Positions 54,396 through 64,000 of a stretch of DNA of 64,000 bases are shown piece after piece. The stretch is from Selaginella moellendorffii. Taxonomy: Eukaryota; Plantae; Lycopodiophyta. Both the position numbers and the translations under genes were made by a program. Each line of letters begins with the position of its first letter. The first letter of the stretch is position 1. Below the pieces are notes generated by a model. It worked only from the letters and a program-made list of their open reading frames with translations. It did not search any database and was not told where the DNA came from. Location: positions 3,233,710 to 3,297,709 of the forward strand of contig NW_003314264.1 of the NCBI RefSeq assembly GCF_000143415.4, in the 5' to 3' direction.

Positions 54396-54647
54396 TAGGG
54401 GTGGCAGTGGATATACCTAGAATATGCTTGGATATTCTTGGATATTCTACTATTTAACAGTTGTTTGTCATTTTGATTAATCTTGTATTTATAATTTACA
54501 AACATGTTTATAATTATAAACTTTCCTAAACACTTCCTAGTTTTTTTTTTAATCTACCCATAAAATTATTTTAGTTTTGATTTATAAGTTATAAACATGT
54601 TTATAATTATTGAGTAATTGGATTATTCAAAAATGCTAAATAAGAAC
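54396..54647 (+). mobile_element. hAT-like non-autonomous element end, interrupted by Gypsy A2
   Basis: TAGGGGTGGCAGTGGATAT terminus resembles hAT TIRs (Ac CAGGGATG); internal similarity to the reverse complement of 18760-18893. Confidence 0.5.
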
Positions 54648-56448
54648 TGTGAGGGCCAAGTGTATGGCTAGGATGCTATATACTAATATTAGCGTAGTGG
54701 GATTTTGGTAGCCGTCAAATTGGTTTCAATCCGGACCACTCGTTCTTGTATATAAATTAGGGTTTTTGGGCTAATTGATATGTACATTTCTATATTCCCT
54801 TTTCATATTCCATGCACTCACATTGGTGGAGGTGAAGGGCACCTTTGATTGTCCTTGGGGAGTGCTTGGATTTGGGATTTCAGTTTAAATCTAGCTTTTG
54901 CATCGTCTAGATTTAACTTTTTCCATTTCCTTTCTTTTGTTCTTTCCTTTCAGGATTTTGGTTTAAATCTAGCTTTTTGCATTGTCTAGATCTACCATTT
55001 CTTTCCAGCTTTTTGTCATTTCTCTTCTTTTGCTCTTTCTTTTTCATTCATCTTCATGGCCGATCCACAATCTTTTCCTTTGACTCTAGAGCAGTAGTTG
55101 GTTCAATTGCTTGATGCTATGCACTTACAATTGAATAACCAAACTCAATTGATGGTGGCATTCACGGCACATGGTCCAACTCCTCTTGCTCTTGGTGCCA
55201 ATCCTCGCGTTCAGCCGGAGTTCTTTCGTGGGAATCCTGGGGATGATGTGTACCATTGGTTCAATCACTTCACAGTGATTGCCACATATCATTCTTGGGA
55301 TGATGCTCAACGTTTGCGTGAGTTTCCCACGTGTCTCCAAGGGACAGCGTTGCAATGGTAGAATGGATTGAGTGCAGCCACTCGTAGGGATTGGAGTGTT
55401 CTTCCAGACGTCTTCAAACGCGCCTTCGGACATGCTGACGATTGTGACAATGCCTTCCAACAATTGCATCATCTTCGCCAAAGGCCATCTGAGTCGGTGA
55501 TGCAATTTGGCGTTCGTTTCCGAAGTCTTTTGCTTCATGCGGAGCCTAATATGTCGGAGCAGATCAAGCTAGGAATGTTGTGGCCAACACTTCGTCAAGA
55601 TCTTGTCAACCTTGTGCATGCACTTGCTCCTGCCACCCTTGACGATGCTCTTCGCTTGGCACAACGTTATGAGACGTCGTCTCTTCCACTTCTCGCTGCA
55701 CGTCCTTCAGCTCCACTTCCTATGACTGATGGTCCTGTTCCAATGGAGGTTGATGCTGCTGCTACTTGAGTCCACAGACAAGGGCACGGACATGGTCGTG
55801 GCCGTGATGTTCGTTGCTGGGTGTGTGATGAAGTTGGTCATACTTATTGGCGTTGTCGACGCTTTCCGGATTGGTGACCTCCATTTCCTGGATGGAGACC
55901 TTGGCATCAGCAACGTCCTGTTAGTGCTGCTGCGGTGGAAGGTTTGGACACTGAGGTGCATCCAGGAAACGGGGAGTCGCGCAAGTAACGGAGGGACCTT
56001 GCGCGAATAAGTTAGTGACCCTCCATTTTTCTTTCGAGAGTATCATCAAGGGGTTCACTCGGCACCGATTCATCAAGTGTTTACTTTCCAAGCTCGTTTT
56101 TATAACAAGAGGTCTCCTATTCTTCTCTCCGTATTGGTTGATACAGGTTCGAGTTTATCTTCTATTGCTCGACCTGTTACCACACGCTGTTGTTTACACT
56201 TGCGTCGTGCGGCAGATCCAGTTTTCATTCTTTATGGCAATGGCCGTACACATGCATGTGCACGCGATGAGGCAGACCTGGTTGTGCGTGTGGGCGATCT
56301 CGAGCTTGAGTTGCAGTCGTTGCAGGTGGTGCCGAGTCAAGCTTTTGACCTCATTCTTGGTATGGATTGGTTGCAATGCAATCATGCCAAGTGTGACTTT
56401 GAGGCTTCTCCCCCTTGTCTCATACTTCCTCATGTTTCATCCGCTCCT
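54648..56448 (+). mobile_element. Ty3/Gypsy family A copy A2 (5' LTR 54648-54822, PBS, gag, protease), cut by element B1
   Basis: Reverse-complement homolog of about 52020-53820; more decayed; homology stops at 56448 where a new TG..CA LTR starts. Confidence 0.93.
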
Positions 56449-57238
56449 TGTAAACCACAAATGTTTCCTTTCCAATTTGCTAGCTTACCTCGTCTATCCG
56501 TCCAACACTGCCTTGGCTTTTGCTAAGTTCCCTTGCTAAGGTTCTTGCCTATGGTACCAGCTCCTACTTGGTTTCACCTACTCACTGCACGAGCAACGGA
56601 GTGTTAGCCATCCATCCACGGATTCCCAAATCACTCCCAATCCCCCTCCCCGGGTTAGACTGGACGTAAGGTTTGGCTACACTCCCCGCAAGCACAAGCA
56701 GCCAAGCACACCAAGCTTCCAGGTTCCTAACACCCCTTGGTATTACAAGACTTGATCATGGGACCCTCTAAATCCCAAGTCTTGAATGCAACACTTGCTT
56801 TGGGACGCCGGGGCGAAACACCGTGGCCTAACGGCCCGGTATGGGTACCTCTACCCCCCCACTTCCATCCCGAAGGAATGCCCAAGCCCCTAGGAAGGGC
56901 GACGACCAATGAGCCGCATGGTACTCAAGTGGGCACCACTCCACATGAGCTGGGAGCACTACAATTGGTTTCCCTTTCGGGAGTGGGAGTTGCTCTTGAG
57001 CACTTCCTTGGATGGCCCCTCCGGCACTAACCAAGTCCATGCTCACTCCCACCCAAGGCCCCTCGGTCCCAGTCTCAACCTCAAGTCGGTTTGGAAGCCC
57101 CACTGGAGAGTCCCTTCAAAACTGGTTCTTACACCTCACTATCCCTACTATACTTTTTGGAACCCCCTGCAGCCCCCCCCCCCCCCCCCCTGGGAGACGC
57201 ACGCTTTGGGCTTTCACCCCTTGACCCGTATTAGTATT

Positions 57239-57515
57239 TGGACTTAGTCTCTGGCTCGATCTCGGACTCGATTTCGGATCCGACTTCGGATTTGGTCTCG
57301 GACTCGATCTCAAACTCGATCTCGGACCTGATCTCGGTCCCGACCTCGGACTTGACCTTGGACTCAGTCTCGGACCCGATTTCGGATCTCGGACTCCGTC
57401 TCGAACTCGGTTTCGAACTCGGTCCCCAAGTCGGCCTTGGACTCGATTCCGGACTCTATCTCGAACTCGGTCCCAGAGTCGGTCTTGGACTCGATCTTCG
57501 ACTTGGTCCCATCCG
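57239..57515. repeat. CpG-rich 6/12-mer tandem array (TCGGAC/TCGATC) within the B1 LTR
   Basis: Directly visible; mirrored at 60105-60385. Confidence 0.9.
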
Positions 57516-57609
57516 ATGAACTCTTTGTCATTTTGGTCAAGCTTTCGGGGTTCCTTTAGCCTACGACACCTCGGCGAGTTGGTTCCTTACAACTCCACCA
57601 CCCATAGAA

Positions 57610-58190
57610 GAAGTTCGATGCCCACATTGAACGTCTCTCTTTTTGATCCTATGACTTGTTGACCATGTCTCCGGGGGCATCCCCCCACTTAGCGGTGTGC
57701 CTAAGTTAGCCTCCCCGGCCAAGAGCCCATGACTACAGAATATAGATGTCCCTATACTCCTCACCTCACCACGCCCTAGTATGGGGTCAGGACTTGAACC
57801 CAACCTTGCTTTACTAGGGGGTTGGGACTCGAACCCAACCTCCGTCCGGTGGGACACGACCGGGGCGGAGGTAGGAGTCCCCGTGTGGGAGGCGCTTGGA
57901 CATGCTCGATGGGCAATATGGCGAGCGACGGGAGTCCAGGCCCTTTGGGAAGCACGCAACCAGGCACACTTCGAAGGGACACAGGTCAGAGTATCACAGG
58001 TACTGGCAGAGTGGTGGAGACTTACATTGGCGGCAATACGGCTTCACCATGCTATCCTCCGGGACAGGGGGAAGCTCGAGAGGCTCGAGGAGTGGCAAAA
58101 AGCATGGCTGCCATGTTTTGGTAGAGGAGATCACAAGGAGGTTCGTTGGAGATGGCGCCCCCCGGAGTCGATCTTGCGGTCAGCATGAAG
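57610..58190 (+). mobile_element. LINE (L1-type) ORF2 C-terminal-like fragment, antisense inside the B1 3' region
   Basis: Degenerate RCPH...VDHV zinc-knuckle-like remnant followed by WAIW...ALWEARNQAHFEG (WxxRNxxxF motif). Confidence 0.5.
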
Positions 58191-58521
58191 GGGGGACGTG
58201 GATCTGGATGAGATACGACGGAGACGACCGCAGCCGCTTCTACTACAGGCCTAGTCTCACTTTAGATGAGGGAGATCACCACTAGGTAGCATGAGCTTTG
58301 GGCAGCATGCCCAATTTTTGTATTAGTCCCTACGGGACATTGGGGAATGTACATACACGTTTCATCGAACCCAACCTCCGTAGAATACGTCTATGGATTC
58401 AACATCCCCGCAAGGAGTCGGGTGTAGTTCCCTACGCCTGGTCGACCTAGCTAACCCATGCTAATTAGCTCACCTTCGGGTCCCAACATATGCCATTGCT
58501 CAAGTTCACCAATTGATACTT

Positions 58522-60029
58522 TTAATTGAACTTTGCATAAGTACATAGAGTTCTGCCTTGCAGAAATTCCTCCACTAGATCTCGTGCGTTAGGTAGGTTC
58601 TCCTCCGGTTCCCATGTTGCTTCGCAGTGTGGAAATCCTTTCCACTTCACATGGAACTCTCTCATCTCGCGTCCTTGTCGCTTGCTCTTGCGCGCATTGA
58701 GGATGGCCTCGACTTCGTATTCCTCTTCCCCTTGGATAACATCAGGTAAAGGTCTTACTTGGTCCTTGCGAAGCAGATCCTCAAAATACGGCTTGAGTAA
58801 GTTCACGTGGAACACGGGATGCATCTTCCCCATTTCTCGAGGAAGTCGGAGTCGGTAAGCCACTTTACCGATTCGAGCCTCAATCTCGTAAGGCCCCGCG
58901 AACCTACTTAAGGAACTCAAGATCAATTCATTTACAGGAATACATGCATTTTTACCTTTGGGTCAACTTCCGGCTGATCCCACTTGGTAGCCTGAGGTTC
59001 TTGGTGTTCAGCCACACCTTCTCCCCAGCTTGGAACTCTACGTCCCGGCGCTTCTGATTCGCGTACTTGGTTTGCCTTTGTTGAGCTCGTTCCAAGGAAT
59101 CCCTCACTAGATTCCAAATGTTGAGTCTTTCCGCTGTGAATGCCTCTACTGCGGGTAACTCTCCATGATACTCGGTCATGCCGAGTTCCACAGGACCTTC
59201 AATAGCTCGCCCATTGATGACTTCCCATGGACTCACCCCGATGCTCGAATGTGGTGAGTTGTTATAACATATTTCCGCAAGTCCCAAATGACTTACCCAA
59301 TCGGTCTGGTCTCCCGAGACATAGCATCGCAAATAATCCTCCAGCTGCATATTCACCCTTTCCGTTTGTCCGTCTGTCAAGAAGTGTTAGTGCCTCCAAA
59401 CTTGACTTAATACCCCATACCTGTCTGTGGGTGATAGGCTGTGCTGAATTTTAACTTGGTGCGATACTGTTCCAGGAGAGTCCTCCAGAACCTACTAGTG
59501 AAGATCTTATCTCGATCTGAGATGATCTCTTCCGGCCTTCCCCGCACTCGAACCACTTGTTCGAAGAACAGCTTCGCCACACCTTCCGCATCCACTTCCG
59601 TTGTGGTGGGTATGAAATGTGCCATTTTCGAAAATCGGTCCACCACCACGAATATCGCATCAAACCCCTCGCTTGGGGGAAGTCCCATGATGAAGTCCAT
59701 CGTAAGACATTTCCACGGACGATCTGGAATTGGGATGTTTTGCAACAAGCCCCCACTAGCCTTAGTCATGGCTTTGACCTGCTGACATGTTGGACATGTC
59801 TTTACATAGTCTTGGACATCCTTAGCCATATCTGGCCAATAGTACTTCCTCTTGAGTAAGCCCATCGTCTTGGGCACTCTGCCGTGTCCCGCAAGAGGTC
59901 TGTCATGACACTCTTCTAAGGCTACCTTCCTTAGTTCCCCTTCTGGAACATACACCCTCATTTGCTTGTAATAGATGAGTCCATTGCGTTCTGCATAGCC
60001 TGTTTTCTCTTCCGTTGGCAGCTCACAGT
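58522..60029 (-). CDS. Integrase-chromodomain part of B1 pol, split by two predicted introns (59374-59420 and 58904-58955)
   Basis: ECHD...GH...KTCPTCQ; MDFI; SDRD; YHPQT|DGQTER; KLTQ|RFAGPY; EYEVEAIL...VKWKGF...ATWEPEENL. Stop-free after removing two GT..AG segments. Confidence 0.88.
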
Positions 60030-62576
60030 TGTAAGGAACCAACTCGTCGAGGTGTCGTAGGCTAAAAGAACCCCGAAAGCTTGACCAAAATGACAAAGAG
60101 TTCATCGGATGGGACCAAGTCGAAGATCGAGTCCAAGACCGACTCTGGGACCGAGTTCGAGATAGAGTCCGGAATCGAGTCCGAGGCCGACTCGGGGACC
60201 GAGTTCGAGACCGAGTTCGAGACGGAGTCCGAGATCCGAAATCGGGTCCGAGACCGAGTCCGAGGTCAAGTTCGAGGTCGGGACCAAGATCGGGTCCGAG
60301 ATCGAGTCTGAGATCGAGTCCGAGACCGAATCCGAAGTCGGATCCGAAATCGAGTCCAAGATCGAGCCAGAGACTAAGTCCAAATACTAATACGGGTCAA
60401 GGGGTGAAAGCACAAAGCGTGCGTCTCCCAAGGGGGGGGGGGGGGGGGCTGCAGGGGGTTCCAAAAGTATAATAGGGATAGTGAGGTCTAGGAACCAGTT
60501 TTGAAGGGACTCTCCAGTGGGGCTTCCAAACCGACTTGAGGTTGAGACTAGGACCGAGGGGCCTTGGGTGGGAGTGAGCATGGACTTGGTTGGTGCCGGA
60601 GGGGCCATCCAAGGAAGTGCTCAAGAGCAACTCCCACTCCCGAAAGGGAAACCGATTGCGGTGCTCCCGGCTCATGTGGAGTGGTGCCCACTTGAGTACC
60701 ATGCGGCTCATTGGTCCTCGCCCTTCCTAGGGGCTTGGGCCTTCCTTCGGGATGGAAGTGGGGGGGTAGAGGTACCCATACCGGGCCGTTAGGCCACGGT
60801 GTTTCGCCCCGGCGTCCCGAAGCAAGTGTTGCACTCAAGACTTGGGATTTAGAGGGTCCCATGATCAAGTCTTGTGGTACCAAGGGATGTTAGAAACCTG
60901 GAAGCTTGGTGTGCTTGGTTGCTTGTGCTTGCGGGGAGTGTAGCCGAACCTTAAGTCCAGTCTAACCCGGGGAGGGGGATTGGGAGTGATTTGGGAATCC
61001 GTGGATGGATGGCTAACACTCCGTTGCGCGTGCAGTGAGTAGCTGAAACCAAGTAGGAGCTGGTACCATAGGCGAGAACCTTGGCAAGGGAACTTAGCAA
61101 AAGCCAAGGCAGTGTTGGACGGATAGACGAGGTAAGCTGGCAAATTGGAAAGGAAAAATTTGTGGTTTACAATTTGGTATCGGAGCCTTTTCCTCAGTTC
61201 TAGCGAAAGATAGAGGCGGATTGCTGGGAGATGGCAAGGGCAGGGCGTAAGCGAACCCAGGCGGAGACGGAACCTCCGCCGGAGCTAGAGCCTCCAGTCG
61301 AACAAGAGGCTATGGATGAGGAATCCTTGCATGAGGAGGACTCTAGTGAAGAAACTTCCAAACAGGAGTCCGGTGGCGAGGTTCGGTCGTCCAAGGCTCG
61401 ATTGGACATGCTAGAAGGACAGTTGGCATAGACCAATGCCCTGTTGGAGACTCTCGTACGCAAGCTAAAGCGTGACGAGAAGCGGAAGAAAAAGAGAAAG
61501 ACTACGGATGCTGGCAACGCAGAAAGTGCGGACCCTTCGGCAGAGACTGAGGCAGAACCAAACAAGGTCGAACAGACCGAAGTAGAATCAGTCCCTTAGG
61601 CAGTTCCCAAGTACAAACCAAAGCCCCCACCGGTCTTCAAGGGAGTGAATGACTATAAGGTGGTGGAGGATTGGTTTTACGATATGGAGGACTACTTCCG
61701 AACGTTGCGATTACCGAGCTCGGAGAAGGTCCCATGTGCAAAACCATACTTGGCAGATAATGCCAAGTCTTGGTGGAGAACGACGGAGGCCAACAAAGGA
61801 CCAGTGGCCACTTGGGACATGATGAAGGCGAGGATCCGCGCAACATACGTTCCTCCGAATGCCACTTTGCATCTGAGAGATGAGCTAAGTAGGCTGAAGC
61901 AGACTGGAACCATCCAGGAATATGTGAATGGGTTCATGGCAAAGAGGATACTTGTTACGGACATGGGGGATATGGATGCGTTCCATGCCTTCATTTCAAG
62001 TTTGCAAACCTGGGCTCGCGGTGAGGTGATGCGCTGGAACCCGACCAACTACAAGGAAGCGTTGGATGTGGCCATCAAGGTGCATTTCAATGATAACCTG
62101 CGAAAGGGGAACACGACGGGGTCGGGAACCACATTTAGCAAAGGGGCCAAACCAAGGGGAACGTATAGCAGGGGGAAATTCAAGAAGAGTTTCTCTAAGA
62201 ATGAGTCCTCAGGGTTCCGGAAAGGCAAATTCGGTGGCCAGCGAGCGAGTACGTGGGGAAGTCAAGTGAAAAGAGACAAACCTACGGATAAAAAGGTCAA
62301 GTCGTATAACAGCATAGGAAACAACGTATGCTACAATTGTGGTGAAGCGGGACACTTTTCGAGGGAATATCCCTACCCGAAGAAGGCCAGAGCCAATATG
62401 GCCATCAAGTCAGGTGAAGTCCAAACTGAGGTATGTGATCCAGTCCCTAACTCAAAGTTACTCATTACACGAGCAACTTTGGTAGAGAGTCGTTCACGAC
62501 ATTTACTAGCCCTCCGAGGGAAGCTTGGAGGTAGCTTTGTTAAGATCCTTATTGACACGGGTGCTTCGGATAATTT
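60030..62576 (+). mobile_element. Ty3/Gypsy family B copy B2 (5' LTR 60030-61171, tRNA-iMet PBS, gag with zinc knuckle, start of protease), inserted antisense into the B1 integrase
   Basis: TGTAAGG...TTTACA LTR; TGGTATCGGAGCC at 61175; gag KPPPVFKG...WWR...LKQTG; CYNCGEAGH; LIDTGAS; two CAG>TAG-type stops in gag. Confidence 0.93.
60105..60385. repeat. CpG-rich 6/12-mer tandem array within the B2 LTR
   Basis: (GAGATC/GAGTCC)n visible. Confidence 0.9.
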
Positions 62577-64000
62577 TGTGGTTTACAGGAAGGATCCACT
62601 AGTGCCGTGCTAAACAGCTACGGACTAGCCTATTTGCCACTCATAGTAAACCCAGGGAAAGTTTACTTTCACCCACGGTATATGAACCACCGATAGGCTA
62701 ACATTAATCCTGCTAACTCAAAGTGTAACATCAAGTTGCTAATGTGTCTCACTCACGAGCCCAAGCTCAAACTCGTGCTAATATGCCTCACTCACAAGCC
62801 TAAGTGCAAAGTCGTGTGAACGGAACAACTCAATCCCTTTTATGAGCCCAAAAGCAAGCTCACCTTATTACAGTACAAAAAAGGTAACCAAATCCATACC
62901 CAAGGAACAATTGCGAAGTTTTTGCACCCAAACGTGTACCCACTTGGATCATTGTTTTCATCTCTGCGTATGCAATAAGACTAGTTGCCCAATCTCATTG
63001 GATAGTACTCACCGAGACTCATTCTCTGATACCAAATATAGCGCACATGGTTTTTACTCTTTATCTTATGGTGATTTACCATAGGATAACACCACGAAAC
63101 GGAACCTAAACCCTCTTTATGCCACGTGACACATGCCATGTGTCATATGCCACGTGTCCAAAGGACAGTGGTGTGAAATCTGAGTTTCAGGGCCTTGGGC
63201 TACTGAACAAAGGAACGGTGCTAAACTCCCAAGTATGGAGCCAAGGAGCAATGGAACTAGACCACGAAGCAACTCCCAAGTATACAGCCCAAGGAGCGAA
63301 AGGACAGGAGTCTGGAGCAACTTAGAATAGTCCTAGAGCAACCAACATCCCAATGCCAGGACCAGCACGCAAAACGGAGCCAAACAGAGTTTAGTGTTAT
63401 TTCGGCATACCGGTGGCCTAACACAAGGACATGGGTACTCCACCAGCTAGCATGGTGTGGAACTTGGGCTTAAACCCAAATCGAATGCAAAACAAGGACA
63501 AGCACACAAGTAGAAAGTAAACTATACCTTAGGTTGGTCAGCCATGCTCGACCTACCCACTATCCCTACTATACATTTGGAACCCCCTATAGCCCCCCCC
63601 CCCCCCCTTGGGAAACACACGCTTTGGGCTTTCACCTCAAGCCTCCCTTAGTATCAGGAGTTAGTCTTTGGGATAAGCTCGAAACTTACTAAATATGGAA
63701 TGGCACTAAATTGCGATTTTGGACACGGGATGAACACCATTGTGTTCAAGACAATCTCTACATTCCGTAGATATGCCAAATGAGCAAATCTAGACACTTT
63801 CCATAAATAGCATTTGGGACCAGAATGAGACTAACACAAAGGACATAGCGAGGGTGTTGGTAAGCTATCATTTAACAAATATTAAGGGACCAATCTCAAT
63901 ATCATGGGGGTTTTTAATACTAGCAAGTGCAAGCTAATGACAGGAGTTTTTCAAACCAAGCTGAGTATGCTCAACAAGAAACACATAGGGTTCCTACCTT
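62577..64000 (-). mobile_element. Probable LTR of a further related Gypsy (element C), inserted into the B2 protease
   Basis: Protease homology ends abruptly after DTGASDNF at a TG. 63555-63640 matches the B-LTR core 57135-57220 (cactatccctactata...poly-C...cacgctttgggctttcacc). Confidence 0.6.

Larger units (their letters stand above)
56449..60029 (-). mobile_element. Ty3/Gypsy chromovirus family B copy B1 (integrase-chromodomain, 3' region, PPT, 3' LTR 56449-57591), cut by B2
   Basis: LTR is the reverse complement of 60030-61171; purine-rich GGGTGGTGGAGT abuts the LTR start at 57592; integrase and chromodomain motifs. Confidence 0.93.

Noticed and set aside
57238-57519. SD-rich ORFs and repeat array resembling a CRISPR or repeat protein (also 60081-60383)
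   Set aside because: Simple 6/12-mer tandem repeat inside LTRs; no unique spacers; eukaryotic context.
60030-60105. N-terminal MNSLSFW... extension of the integrase ORF in the ORF track
   Set aside because: Read-in from the inserted B2 LTR, not part of pol.

Overview
Plant nuclear DNA. The very compact gene spacing and 45-65 nt introns point to a lycophyte such as Selaginella (inference). There are two GC-rich gene islands. Island 1 (1-14.3 kb) holds an F-box gene, HPPK-DHPS, an NLP, an ECA Ca2+-ATPase, an LRB/POB1-like BTB-BACK gene and a GH17-X8 glucanase. Island 2 (26.7-46 kb) holds MED7, a stellacyanin, REC8/SYN1, a TKL-like kinase, a GT4, a SURP/G-patch gene, a PCF11-like gene, NPC and SLP2. 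AT-rich TE blocks separate and follow them, including a decayed chromoviral Ty3/Gypsy with a 100-N gap. From 48.8 kb to the end is a nested stack of Ty3/Gypsy elements. Main observation: the integrase-chromodomain ORF of the Gypsy at 56449-60029 (-) is interrupted by two canonical-looking GT-AG introns (47 and 52 nt). Removing them precisely restores the HPQTDGQTER and QRFAGPY motifs and gives a stop-free ORF, i.e. an apparently intron-containing LTR retrotransposon. A second Gypsy family carries a G GGA AAC slippery site, 6-nt spacer and H-type pseudoknot, a -1 frameshift cassette. All exon structures are manual predictions from splice signals and protein motifs, without transcript data.
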